DNA of 64,000 nucleotides from an uncultured SAR86 cluster bacterium. Its GTDB lineage: Bacteria > Pseudomonadota > Gammaproteobacteria > Magnimaribacterales > D2472. Location of the stretch: positions 133,859 to 197,858 of the forward strand of contig CACNRI010000003.1 of the NCBI GenBank assembly GCA_902622845.1, in the 5' to 3' direction. The notes under the pieces are model-generated. The model ran no database searches. It saw only the letters and a program-made list of their open reading frames with translations, and had not been told where the DNA came from. The position numbers were made by a program, and so were the translations under genes. This document shows positions 19,615-29,534 of the stretch, piece by piece (position 1 is the first letter of the stretch; every line of letters starts with the position of its first letter).

Positions 19615-19783
19615 CAAGAGCTTTTCTTGCAAAATAATACATAGGGAGAATAATAATTGAGCAAATTAGTATTTCTACTCCAATACTATAATCAATAAGA
19701 GATCTTATATATCTTGCAACAAATAGACTTACAAGGCCCATTAGTGAATAAAAGATAATTGAATTCTTGCTAAATAATTTCAT
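19586..19783 (-). CDS. small two-TM membrane protein, 65 aa
   Basis: Two hydrophobic helices and basic C-terminus; start overlaps the upstream MFS stop. Confidence 0.55.
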   Translation of the reverse strand: MKLFSKNSIIFYSLMGLVSLFVARYIRSLIDYSIGVEILICSIIILPMYYFARKALVKYFLKQVD

Positions 19784-21011
19784 TTGGATATTTCACGTAT
19801 CTTAATAAAAACCCGCCGGCAATAAACAACACAATAATTGGTACAAGAGCTATTTGAAGATTATTAAATATACCTATAAACATTCCAACCAATGCAGGAC
19901 CCATCACAGATCCGGCTCTGCCAAATGTATTGTAAAAACCAAAAAACTCGCCAGATTTATTTGTAGGAATTATTTTGGAGAAAAAGCTTCTCGATGCAGC
20001 TTGAATACCGCCCTGGACTGAACCTATCAGTACTGCCATAACATAAAATTCTGAAGAGTTGGTAAGCGCAGTTGAGTAAATAACAACGCATATATAAATA
20101 AAGATGGTTGCATAAAGAACGACTTTATCATCATATTTATTACCAATATAAGACCAAAAAAGTGTTGATGGGAATGCAACAAATTGCACTAAAATTAGTG
20201 CAACAATAATCGCCGATTGATCAATTCCAATGTTTTCAGCAAAAATTGCTGCAAGCGACATAATTGTATGAACGCCATCAATATACAAAAAGAAGGCAAA
20301 TAAAAATAACAGAACATTTTTATTTTTCTGAATATCTCTAAACGTACTTACAAATCCGCCAAGAACTTCTTTGAGATTTCCAGTTTTTTCAACTTCACGC
20401 TCTTTATAATTAACTGCTAAAGGAAGTAAGAAAATAAACCACCACACTGATACAGTTATAAATGCCCATCTTACTGCTTCAGCTTCATTGCTTAAGCCAA
20501 AGGTTTCAGGTTGAAGGACCATGAAAGCATTCAAGGCAAATAACAACCCTCCCCCCAAGTATCCTAATGCATAACCATAGCTAGATACTTTTGTTAGCTG
20601 ATCTTCTGAAGCAACATAAACCAGCATTTTGTCATAGAGCACAACTGCTGAAGCAAAAGAGAAAAATGAAATGCCATAAAGAATGAGAGCCATTAACCAT
20701 TTTCCCATCGGAATAAAGTAAAAGGAGGCAACTGATACGATTGATAATAAAGTAAAAATTATAAATAGAATCTTTGTTAGTCTTTTATAGTCGGTTACTG
20801 CACCAATAATTGGAGCTGAAACAAGAATAATTAAATTTATTATTGTTAATGCAAATGCAAGATATTGAGTTGCTTGAAGTGACTCAAGACCATTAGACCA
20901 GTAGCTTGCATAAAATAGTGGAAAAAATGCAGCTATAACTGTTGTTGCATAGGCTGAGTTACCGAAATCATAGAATATCCAAGACTTAATTTCTTTGTTA
21001 AAATCCTTCAT
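19770..21011 (-). CDS. MFS transporter, UMF1/ATG22-like
   Basis: SWIFYDFGNSAY, SSYGYALGYLGG, FFLYIDGVHT, QAASRSFF, EFFGFY. Confidence 0.88.
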   Translation of the reverse strand: MKDFNKEIKSWIFYDFGNSAYATTVIAAFFPLFYASYWSNGLESLQATQYLAFALTIINLIILVSAPIIGAVTDYKRLTKILFIIFTLLSIVSVASFYFIPMGKWLMALILYGISFFSFASAVVLYDKMLVYVASEDQLTKVSSYGYALGYLGGGLLFALNAFMVLQPETFGLSNEAEAVRWAFITVSVWWFIFLLPLAVNYKEREVEKTGNLKEVLGGFVSTFRDIQKNKNVLLFLFAFFLYIDGVHTIMSLAAIFAENIGIDQSAIIVALILVQFVAFPSTLFWSYIGNKYDDKVVLYATIFIYICVVIYSTALTNSSEFYVMAVLIGSVQGGIQAASRSFFSKIIPTNKSGEFFGFYNTFGRAGSVMGPALVGMFIGIFNNLQIALVPIIVLFIAGGFLLRYVKYPNEII

Positions 21012-21027
21012 AATTCTTTAATTAAAT

Positions 21028-21135
21028 ATGAACGATAACGAAACAACGAAGTTCGCAACATTCTTTTTGGTTGGCATAGCACTATTAGTTTTTCTTCTTG
21101 GTGTTGGCTCATATTTTTATAGTATATATATGTAA
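21028..21135 (+). CDS. 35-aa single-TM small protein
   Basis: Not in ORF track; MNDNETTKFATFFLVGIALLVFLLGVGSYFYSIYM fills the gap between the MFS start and the HIT stop. Confidence 0.55.
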   Translation: MNDNETTKFATFFLVGIALLVFLLGVGSYFYSIYM

Positions 21136-21471
21136 CTACCCCGGTGGCCACGAAAGTGGTCTTCCAGCCAGCAGATGTAAGTGAAGATGAAAGACTGACT
21201 GTCCGGCTTTCGCACCATTATTGATAACAATCCTAAAAGCATCTTTTGTTTCATGATCTTCCGCTATTTTATTGGCGGCAATAAGAAGCTTTCCTAACAA
21301 TTCACTATCATTGTCATCTGATAAAGATAGTTGAGTAATTTCTTTTTTGGGAATTATTAAAATATGAATAGGAGCTTGAGGATTAATATCATTAAAAGCT
21401 ATGCAAAAATCATCCTCATATAAAATATCTGTCGGTATTTCTTTATCGATAATTTTTTTAAAGATGGTCAT
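21136..21471 (-). CDS. histidine triad (HIT/HinT) nucleotide-binding protein
   Basis: DINPQAPIHILIIPK and HLHLH motifs. Confidence 0.95.
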   Translation of the reverse strand: MTIFKKIIDKEIPTDILYEDDFCIAFNDINPQAPIHILIIPKKEITQLSLSDDNDSELLGKLLIAANKIAEDHETKDAFRIVINNGAKAGQSVFHLHLHLLAGRPLSWPPG

Positions 21472-21473
21472 AC

Positions 21474-21665
21474 TTACATGAAGACTCTCGGCAGAACCCT
21501 AATAGCAATATAAAAAATTCCTGCGGTCATAACGAGACCTAGAAAAATTACTAAAAGATCTCTTAAGAATGCCGTTAGCCTTCCATTTCTTTTAGCTTTC
21601 ACTAAATTAATTATAAAAAATGTAATGGCTAAGAGTGATGCGGTAAGTATTAATATTTGAATCAT
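21474..21665 (-). CDS. small two-TM membrane protein, 63 aa
   Basis: Two hydrophobic helices separated by a basic loop; packed between DedA and HIT genes on the same strand. Confidence 0.6.
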   Translation of the reverse strand: MIQILILTASLLAITFFIINLVKAKRNGRLTAFLRDLLVIFLGLVMTAGIFYIAIRVLPRVFM

Positions 21666-21672
21666 AATAAAT

Positions 21673-22176
21673 CTATAAAATTGAGCTTAATCCTGTAGTG
21701 AGTATTATAAGGCCAAAACCCCATACCGAAATAGCTAAAATAGATGCTCTATAGAATTTCATAAATTCCATACCTGTCATCCCTATTAAAAATGGAACAA
21801 TAGCCCTCATGGCAGGAATAAATCTACCCAATACAACTGTAAGTTGACCAAATCTATCAATAAAATTATTTCCTCTCTCAATAATACTCTCTCTTTTTTT
21901 AAAAAACTTTGTCTCAAGCACAAGTGGACCAAATCTTTTTCCTAAAACAAAGCTTATAACATCGCCCGCATGCGCTCCAATCATAGCTAAAGGAACTATG
22001 CTATATAAATCAAGAAGATTGTTGTTATAAAGAAATACGCAAATTGAAAAAAGAATTGCACTTGAGAGAATGCTACCGACGATTACCAAAGACTCTGCAA
22101 AAGCAAAGACAAGAATCAATACATACGAGTATTGTAAATTATTCGATATAAACTCTAGGACGTTATCTAATGACAT
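21673..22176 (-). CDS. DedA family membrane protein
   Basis: FAESL, GAHAGDVISFVLG, GRFIPAMR. Confidence 0.9.
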   Translation of the reverse strand: MSLDNVLEFISNNLQYSYVLILVFAFAESLVIVGSILSSAILFSICVFLYNNNLLDLYSIVPLAMIGAHAGDVISFVLGKRFGPLVLETKFFKKRESIIERGNNFIDRFGQLTVVLGRFIPAMRAIVPFLIGMTGMEFMKFYRASILAISVWGFGLIILTTGLSSIL

Positions 22177-23266
22177 CTAAAGCATCAAGAACATCTTTGA
22201 ATGAGACAATTTTGAAGTTTTGTCTTTTAGTTCTATACCCATCTTTATTAAGACCATCTTGGGCAATCATAATGCCTTCTGGATACTCTTCACTCAGATT
22301 GTAGTTGATTGTTTCTATACCATCTGTATCAGTCACATTGTCTATACTTTTTGAAGAGCCTATTCTAAAACTTGTAATGTAATCATAAGGATAGTTTCTA
22401 TCATACAGATTAAACTTACTATCTCCCTGAGAGGATAAAATTAAATAACCTGAATTGTTTGGTGTTTTATATAATGATACGCCCTCTGGGTCACCACCGA
22501 TTTGACCTTCCCTAGAATCAACAATATAAGGCTTAGAAAAATCAAAACTATCATCGAGTCTATAAGCTTTTAAAACCCCTCTTACCTCTTCTTCCGATAT
22601 AAAAAGGGTCCTATTTAAATCATCATAAACACATCCCTCGGATTCTCCGCCATTATTAAACGTTGTTATAAGATCAAGGCCATTCTCAGTTAGGTTCCAT
22701 ACTTCAACCCGTGGACCAGTATCTTCTGTCAGAAAAGCAACTAATCCATACTTTGGATCTATTCCGGCGCATATACCATATACGATAATGTCTGATTTAC
22801 CTCTAAATGATGGTCTTGATGGAACTTGCCATGAGTCAGTTTCAAGTTTTTGTCTTGTTTCATTATCTTCAAATACCCATAAATCGATCGATCCTAAAGT
22901 TCTATTAGATGCAAAAAGGAAAGTAAAGTCAGATACATTCTCATCATCTCCAACATTGATAGTTCTTGTATCAATGTTATTAATGTTACCAAGATTTGTA
23001 TAGCTCAGCTCCTGCCCTTGAAGGTTGTAACTATAAATTCCACTTTTTTTGTCAGTACCAAAGATGATTGAGTTTGAGGGATTACTTTTATTTACCCATA
23101 TTGCAGGATCATCAGCTGCATCACCCTTAGTTACAACAGGGGGTGTTTCGTAAATAGCCTCAACCTCAACAATTTCTGAATTAATTGAAACAGATAAGAA
23201 AAAGGCAAGTATAAAACTTGCCTTTTTATAATAAAAATAATTTTTAATACTTGTAAGTGAAACCAA
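22163..23266 (-). CDS. beta-propeller phytase (3-phytase)
   Basis: GDAADDPAIW, GTDKKSG, ESEGCVYDD, DPEGVSLY, SSQGD, TDTDG, QDG..QNFK motifs. Start placed at in-frame TTG 23266 (or GTG 23275), giving a signal peptide; ORF-track start 23344 lies deep inside the receptor gene. Confidence 0.9.
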   Translation of the reverse strand: MVSLTSIKNYFYYKKASFILAFFLSVSINSEIVEVEAIYETPPVVTKGDAADDPAIWVNKSNPSNSIIFGTDKKSGIYSYNLQGQELSYTNLGNINNIDTRTINVGDDENVSDFTFLFASNRTLGSIDLWVFEDNETRQKLETDSWQVPSRPSFRGKSDIIVYGICAGIDPKYGLVAFLTEDTGPRVEVWNLTENGLDLITTFNNGGESEGCVYDDLNRTLFISEEEVRGVLKAYRLDDSFDFSKPYIVDSREGQIGGDPEGVSLYKTPNNSGYLILSSQGDSKFNLYDRNYPYDYITSFRIGSSKSIDNVTDTDGIETINYNLSEEYPEGIMIAQDGLNKDGYRTKRQNFKIVSFKDVLDALDVIR

Positions 23267-25757
23267 CTGTCGCACTTCTACCATATTCATCATATTGAGA
23301 AAGCCTTGATGGGTTACCCCAGTAATAGTATTCAGGTTCATCATTTATATTTATAAGATCAAATTTAAGGGTTAAATTATCGTTCAAATAGTACTTTGCT
23401 GTAAAGTCTAATTGTGAATGATCATCAGTAAATCTAATATTATCATAATTTAAATCTTCAACGGTTGTCTCAATATCATCATCAGCTAAATAGTCCAGAT
23501 AATCGCTTCTTCGGGCCATTGAAAGTCTCATATCTAAATTTCCTTTATCGTAACCAATTGAAATATTGCTCGTTCTATCAGCTAATTTTCTAAAAGGAAC
23601 TGTAAACACACCGTTATCGCTCGGGATGTCACTCGAAGCATCTATATCAGTAATATTTACAGATATGAAAAGACCATCAAAAGGATCAGGAAGAGAGTCA
23701 AACTCTCTGAAAAGGTTAAACTCCATTCCATCAACAGTTGAAGATTCGCTATTAACATAAGTTAGGAGTTCACTAAAGTTATAACCTGCGACAACACCTT
23801 GAGTTAATTGGGGATAAATTGCATTGTCTATATTTTTCTTAAATAGACCGAATGATACAGCGCCATTGTCGCTATACCTTTCGATAGTTAAATCAAAATT
23901 ATCAGCCTCATAAGGATCAAGATCAGGATTACCCATTTCACCTTCATAAGTTCCGTCAGCTTCAAGTTCGATATCAGCTACAGGAGCAGATTCACCAAAA
24001 CCTGGTCTTGAAAGAGCTCTAAAAAAAGCACCTCTAACAATGGTGTTGTCATTAAGAAAATATTTAACATTTATGCTTGGTGAGACAAATGTATAATCAT
24101 TGCTTCCTGAAATAATATCGTCTGGATCCCCATCGTTATAACCAATTGTGCTAAAGCTAGTATCTTCGACTCTAATACCCGCAATTACAATTGCATTATC
24201 AAATTCAAATGTACCCATTCCATAAAATGCAAAAATATCTTCCTCAGATACATAATCGTCCCCAAAATCGCTAGTCCCATATGGTCCAAACGTTCCCTGT
24301 AATGCATAGATTGTTGCTGGATCAGCCATTGGTCCAAATCTAGTTGGCCAAGGCCAATTCAATGGAGTCAAATTAGGATTATAATCAGCTTGAGTTGTGT
24401 CAGGCTCCCATCCATAACCCTCAACATTTTTCTCTTTCTCTCTTGTGCTGTATTTGAGACCCCATTTTACTGTTGTTGGAGTATTCATTACTTCAAAACC
24501 ATCTTTAGTAAAATCTACTTTTATTGAAGATTCAGTATCTTGTATAACGGAATCTTCTTCTTCAATTTCATCTACGCCTAGTTCAGAAGGATCATAAATA
24601 GCTTGTGCGCCTTCAGTTAAAACCATGTAAGGTCTCTTTGGATCACTATAGTCAAAATATCCACATGGGCCCCCACAATCATCAGCATCAAAGGTGCTAC
24701 TTCTAAACTTAGCATCGACATTATCTGTATCATCTTCTTCAGCAAATGAACTAGTAAAAGCAAACTCTGTGTCCCAACCATTAGTTATAGTATTCCCGCC
24801 AAGAATAAAAGTTCTTATTGTTCGTACTTCTTCTCTTACCCTTACTTCAGCATCTCTTCTTATTTCAGTAATTGTACTTCCTGTAGCTGTAACATCAGTT
24901 TGATCATCTCTCATTCTGTATTCATCTTTGTACCTTAACTCATCATCCACGTACTCATTCCAAAGTATATTTGCGAATAATGAAGTCTCGTCATTTAGTC
25001 GATAATCAATATCATATGTAAGACCTAATCTCTCTCGCGTTAAATCGTAATATCTACTTTCAAAATCGTCAGCTATTGCATAATTACCATTATCAAATAG
25101 ATCCCAAGCAGGGAAACCTGTCTCGTTGTTAAAAGTTTCAATTTGTTTTTCTGATGAAGTAAAACCAATAATATGTCCAACATTTTCAGAGATCATATCT
25201 CCATATGTCACAGAAAATTTAGGATTATTACTATTTGAGATATGTTCATTCCAAAGTGTGTTAGCTTTTAATTTAAAATAAACTCCATCCAAATCAAGGG
25301 CACTTTTAGTATTAAATTCAACTCTACCACCAATAGAGTCTGCATCTTGATCTGGTGTCAAAGACTTATAAACTTCAATTGAGTCTAGAAGTTCTGTTGG
25401 AAGACCATCAAGCATTACCTTCCTTCCTCCTTCAGGAGCTGGAACTAGTGCTCCATTAACAGCGATTGTATTTAAATCTCCAGATAGTCCTCTGATAGTT
25501 ACATACCTGCCTTCACCTTGATCGTTTTCAACCGAAATACCTGAAATCCTTCTTAATGCTTCTGCCGCCGTAGTATCAGGAAATTCACCTAATGCATCAG
25601 AATCAACAACAGATACAATCTGATTAGATTCCCTCTGTTTTTCAATAGCTGAGATAATGCTTGCTTTTGTACCAACAACAACTACCTCTTCAACCTCTTC
25701 TTGAGAAATCAAAAAAGGTACAAATAAGATTGTGAATAAAATAGAAAAATGTTTCAT
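23244..25757 (-). CDS. TonB-dependent receptor (phytase-associated type)
   Basis: Signal peptide, EEVVVVG TonB box, plug ENDQGEGRYVTIRG, C-terminal aromatic residue. Confidence 0.93.
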   Translation of the reverse strand: MKHFSILFTILFVPFLISQEEVEEVVVVGTKASIISAIEKQRESNQIVSVVDSDALGEFPDTTAAEALRRISGISVENDQGEGRYVTIRGLSGDLNTIAVNGALVPAPEGGRKVMLDGLPTELLDSIEVYKSLTPDQDADSIGGRVEFNTKSALDLDGVYFKLKANTLWNEHISNSNNPKFSVTYGDMISENVGHIIGFTSSEKQIETFNNETGFPAWDLFDNGNYAIADDFESRYYDLTRERLGLTYDIDYRLNDETSLFANILWNEYVDDELRYKDEYRMRDDQTDVTATGSTITEIRRDAEVRVREEVRTIRTFILGGNTITNGWDTEFAFTSSFAEEDDTDNVDAKFRSSTFDADDCGGPCGYFDYSDPKRPYMVLTEGAQAIYDPSELGVDEIEEEDSVIQDTESSIKVDFTKDGFEVMNTPTTVKWGLKYSTREKEKNVEGYGWEPDTTQADYNPNLTPLNWPWPTRFGPMADPATIYALQGTFGPYGTSDFGDDYVSEEDIFAFYGMGTFEFDNAIVIAGIRVEDTSFSTIGYNDGDPDDIISGSNDYTFVSPSINVKYFLNDNTIVRGAFFRALSRPGFGESAPVADIELEADGTYEGEMGNPDLDPYEADNFDLTIERYSDNGAVSFGLFKKNIDNAIYPQLTQGVVAGYNFSELLTYVNSESSTVDGMEFNLFREFDSLPDPFDGLFISVNITDIDASSDIPSDNGVFTVPFRKLADRTSNISIGYDKGNLDMRLSMARRSDYLDYLADDDIETTVEDLNYDNIRFTDDHSQLDFTAKYYLNDNLTLKFDLININDEPEYYYWGNPSRLSQYDEYGRSATVGFTYKY

Positions 25758-25784
25758 CAGATGTCCTCAAATTTAAAAACTCAT

Positions 25785-25818
25785 ATACTAATTTTTTAAT
25801 GTTACAAATATGTGACGA
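25785..25818 (-). promoter_or_regulatory. Pho box plus -10 element upstream of the receptor-phytase operon
   Basis: Minus strand tcGTCAC-atat-ttGTAAC (25818-25801; 11-bp period), exactly 10 nt, then TAGTAT (25790-25785). Confidence 0.7.
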
Positions 25819-25887
25819 GAATCCGACTTTATGTAGAAGATTTTTTTTGTAATAATTATACTTTATTAAACATTTGTCTAATTTTTT

Positions 25888-26472
25888 ATGATTGCAAAGC
25901 AAAAAAGAAGTAAAGATAGAGTTGACAAAATCATATCAACTGCAAAATCAATATTGGAACATGGCGAAGTTGCCGATATAACAATTGCTAGAATTTCCCA
26001 AATGTCTAATCTTAAAAGAACTTCTACATATAAATTTTTTCCTACTCCAGATCATATAAAGTCATATTTGCAAAACGAATTAATAAAAGAAAGTTCATTA
26101 TTTATAGATTCAAATACCCAGAAGCCTGAATCAAATGAGCTTCAAAATATCTTAAATGAGTTGGTTACTTCATTAATTAATTATTTTAATGAATCCACAC
26201 CAGCAAAAAAACTCATACTTGATAGTTCAGTTTTTGGAGGTGAAATTGACTCTCTTTCTGTCTTATCAGAATCAATAAATAAATTTGTTTCTTTAAATAT
26301 TGAACTACCCTCAATGTTTAATGAAAAAGGTGTTTTCTTAGTGCTTACACAAATTATTATTTCAGTTTTATCACTTAACTATAAAATGGATCGTGAATTG
26401 AATGATATTGGGAAGAACGAAGCAGTCAGGGCATCGCTATCTTACTTAATTGCATGCACTGCGAAGCAATAA
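25888..26472 (+). CDS. TetR family transcriptional regulator
   Basis: N-terminal HTH (IISTAKSIL...ITIARIS...RTSTYKFFP). Confidence 0.8.
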   Translation: MIAKQKRSKDRVDKIISTAKSILEHGEVADITIARISQMSNLKRTSTYKFFPTPDHIKSYLQNELIKESSLFIDSNTQKPESNELQNILNELVTSLINYFNESTPAKKLILDSSVFGGEIDSLSVLSESINKFVSLNIELPSMFNEKGVFLVLTQIIISVLSLNYKMDRELNDIGKNEAVRASLSYLIACTAKQ

Positions 26473-26473
26473 T

Positions 26474-27739
26474 CTATACGAACAAAATAAATCTAAGAAA
26501 TACGTAAAAAGCAATTGTAAAAATTGCACCTGTGGGAATTGTTACCACCCAAGAGATAACTATCTTTAAAACCTGATTGAAATCAACTTTTGATACTGAT
26601 TTAGCAATTCCGACTCCAATAACAGCTCCTACAAGAGTGTGGGTTGTAGATATCGGGAATCCAATGAAACTGGCTAATATTACAGTTACTGAGGTTGCCA
26701 TTTCTGCAGAAAAGCCCATTGAGGGTGTCAACGTGGTAATTTTTTCACCTACAGTTTGCATTACTCTATAGCCGAGTGTGGCTAATCCAATAACAATTCC
26801 TATAGCTCCTAAAAATAAAATCCATGGAGGTGTCATAGAGGTTGTCAAAATTTGATTTTCTGAATTAACTGTCGAAACAATAGCTGCTACCGGTCCAATA
26901 GCATTTGCAACATCATTTGATCCATGAGCAAAAGCAACGCTGCAAGCAGTAATCACCATCAAAAATGCGAAAGCAGCTTCAACCCCACCAAAATCATTAT
27001 TTTTATCTAAAAGTAATTCTTTTTTTAGGTTAAGAATGATACTTGAAATTATTAAAATAGAAGATGAAAGAATTGCAGAGAAGATGAATACTTCCTGATC
27101 GGTCCATTGAAAACCCACATACTTTAGTCCCTTTTTAGCTGTTACTAAACAAATTACAAAAGTTACAAGTGCTGCATAAAATGGAATTATTCTTACAGCT
27201 GCGGTAACCTGATCAGCTTTTTCAAGAATGAGTTTTTTTGCTGAGAAATATATTAATATTGCAAGGGTTGCTGACACTAATGGAGAAGTTACCCAGCTAG
27301 CGGCAATATTACCGACAACCCCCCATGAGACTGAATTTAAGCCTTTAGTAATTAAAGCAAACCCGACAATTGCACCCACTATAGAGTGAGTTGTTGAAAC
27401 TGGCCAGCCTCTATAAGAAGCAATTAACAACCATGAACCTGCCGCAAGAAGACTTGAAAGCATTCCAATAATAAATATCTCTGGGTTATCATTGTAAAGT
27501 TGAGGATCTACAATGCCTTTGCGTATTGTAGATGTTACTTCGCCACCGGCAAGAAATGCTCCTAAAAATTCAAAAATTGAAGCAAGAATTACTGCACTAG
27601 TTATTGTTAATGCTCTGCTACCAACAGAGGTACCCATTGCGTTTGCAACATCATTGGCACCAATACCCCATGCCATGAAAAGTCCAGCAATGCAGGCCAG
27701 AGCTATGTATAAAAAGGATGCATCTGTTAAGAAATCCAT
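26474..27739 (-). CDS. inorganic phosphate transporter, PiT family
   Basis: Duplicated GANDVANA / HGSNDVANA signatures, PVSTTH and PISTTH. Confidence 0.95.
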   Translation of the reverse strand: MDFLTDASFLYIALACIAGLFMAWGIGANDVANAMGTSVGSRALTITSAVILASIFEFLGAFLAGGEVTSTIRKGIVDPQLYNDNPEIFIIGMLSSLLAAGSWLLIASYRGWPVSTTHSIVGAIVGFALITKGLNSVSWGVVGNIAASWVTSPLVSATLAILIYFSAKKLILEKADQVTAAVRIIPFYAALVTFVICLVTAKKGLKYVGFQWTDQEVFIFSAILSSSILIISSIILNLKKELLLDKNNDFGGVEAAFAFLMVITACSVAFAHGSNDVANAIGPVAAIVSTVNSENQILTTSMTPPWILFLGAIGIVIGLATLGYRVMQTVGEKITTLTPSMGFSAEMATSVTVILASFIGFPISTTHTLVGAVIGVGIAKSVSKVDFNQVLKIVISWVVTIPTGAIFTIAFYVFLRFILFV

Positions 27740-27831
27740 ATTGAAGAACTATACACCAGATAAATAATTATTTTTGTTAAAATTTAGAAACTTTTGTGAA
27801 TTTGCTTTACTTAAAAGTATAATCCAGACAC

Positions 27832-28677
27832 ATGTCTTTAATTACTTTCGATCTTAATGCTTATAAAAAACTTAATCCTAAAGCTTATGCTTTAGAGAAA
27901 AGAAGGCTTCAAATTGAACTTCTTAAACTGCAAGAAGATGTAATTAAAAATGAAAGAAGAATTTGTATTGTTTTTGAAGGAAGAGACACAGCAGGGAAAA
28001 GCTCAGCAATTAAATTCTTCTCTGAATACCTCATGCCGAAAAATTTTAAGTATGTAGCTTTAGGTATTCCTACAAAGTGGGAATCAAGAAATTGGTTTAA
28101 AAGATGGAGCAAGGTTTTACCAAAAAAAGGTGAGATAGCTTTTCTTGATAGATCTTGGTATACAAGAGCGTTGACAGAGCCAGTAATGGGTTATTGTTCA
28201 GAAAATCAATACCTAGAATTTATGAAAGAAGTAAATCATTGGGAAAAAAAACAAATTGTAAAAGGAATGGAAATTATAAAATTCTATTTTTCTCTCTCTC
28301 AAGACCAACAAAAAAGAAGAATGAATGCAAGAAAGAAATCTGAATTGAAGTATTGGAAGCTTTCTAAAAATGATGAAAGAATTGCAACTAAATGGGATAT
28401 TTTCTCACTTTACAAAGAGGAAATGTTTGAAAAGACTTCAACAAATATATCTCCTTGGGTATCCATAAATGCAAATAATAAAATGATAGCGAGATTAACA
28501 GCTCTAAGATTTTTATTAAATAAAACAGTTTATAAAGAAAAAAAACTCCTTAAACCTGCAAGGTGGTCTAAAAAAATACAAAATTATCAAGCTTCTCTTG
28601 AAGGTGTATTATTTGAGAATCTTACATATGAGCAATATATGCTTATCACTAAATATACTGACGATACGACTCAATGA
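27832..28677 (+). CDS. ppk2: polyphosphate kinase 2
   Basis: FEGRDTAGKS Walker A, FLDRSWY Walker B, lid region RMNARKKSELKYWKLS. Confidence 0.93.
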   Translation: MSLITFDLNAYKKLNPKAYALEKRRLQIELLKLQEDVIKNERRICIVFEGRDTAGKSSAIKFFSEYLMPKNFKYVALGIPTKWESRNWFKRWSKVLPKKGEIAFLDRSWYTRALTEPVMGYCSENQYLEFMKEVNHWEKKQIVKGMEIIKFYFSLSQDQQKRRMNARKKSELKYWKLSKNDERIATKWDIFSLYKEEMFEKTSTNISPWVSINANNKMIARLTALRFLLNKTVYKEKKLLKPARWSKKIQNYQASLEGVLFENLTYEQYMLITKYTDDTTQ

Positions 28678-29534
28678 AAATAGCTGCAATTGATATTGGA
28701 ACAAATGCAATTAAGTCTAAAATCTTTGATACAACTCCTACATCAATAGATTTCAAAGAAGGTGTGCGAACACCAATAAGACTAGGTACAGAAGTTTTTT
28801 TGGAGGGTAAAATTCCAAAAAAAAAGCTTATTGATCTATCAATCCTAATTGACAAATACATAAAATTTTTCAAGCAAAACGAAGTCAAACTCTATGAAAT
28901 AGTTGCCACTTCTGCATTCAGAGATACTAATAATTCAGAGGAGTCGAGAAGATTCATTGAGCAAAAAATAGGCCAACCTGTAAGAATTATTTCAGGATTT
29001 GAGGAAGCAAACTTGATAAAATTCCATCCAGATGCAAGCTTATTATCTGATAAGTTTTTCGTTGATATTGGTGGAGGAAGTACTGAATTCTTTCAATACA
29101 GTAAAAATAATTTACATCTAACTCAGTCATTCCAACTTGGAGCAGTCAGAAATATGCTTAAAAAAGATAAATTATCAGAATGGGACAGAATGAGTGATTG
29201 GCTAAAAGACAATCAACTAAATTCTAAATTAATTGGGATTGGAGGAAATATAAGATCTTTTTTTAGATTATGCGATGCAAAGTCTATGGATGCTGATATG
29301 TTTTTAAATGAAGTTAAGTTGCTAAACTCTATTAAAAAAGATAAAAAAATTGATTTGTTTAATTTATCTGAGGATCGCGCAGATGTAATTGATGAAGCTT
29401 TGAAAATATATTCAAAAATCATAAAAAAAGTTCGTCCAAAAAAGATTAAAGCAACTAAATGGGGAGTGGCTGATTCAATTTCGGTTAAGCTGTTTCATGA
29501 GCTTTATGCCGGGAATATAAAAATTAGAAATTAA
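28674..29534 (+). CDS. ppx: Ppx/GppA family exopolyphosphatase (catalytic domains only)
   Basis: AAIDIGTN, ATSAFRD, ISGFEEA, DIGGGSTE; no C-terminal HD domain. Confidence 0.88.
   Translation: MKIAAIDIGTNAIKSKIFDTTPTSIDFKEGVRTPIRLGTEVFLEGKIPKKKLIDLSILIDKYIKFFKQNEVKLYEIVATSAFRDTNNSEESRRFIEQKIGQPVRIISGFEEANLIKFHPDASLLSDKFFVDIGGGSTEFFQYSKNNLHLTQSFQLGAVRNMLKKDKLSEWDRMSDWLKDNQLNSKLIGIGGNIRSFFRLCDAKSMDADMFLNEVKLLNSIKKDKKIDLFNLSEDRADVIDEALKIYSKIIKKVRPKKIKATKWGVADSISVKLFHELYAGNIKIRN

Noticed and set aside
23267-23344. Long N-terminal extension of the phytase ORF
   Set aside because: Overlaps the receptor C-terminus by 100 nt and would bury the signal peptide.
27740-27831. Pho box in the PiT/ppk2 intergenic region
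   Set aside because: No convincing 11-bp-phased GTCA-like pair found.
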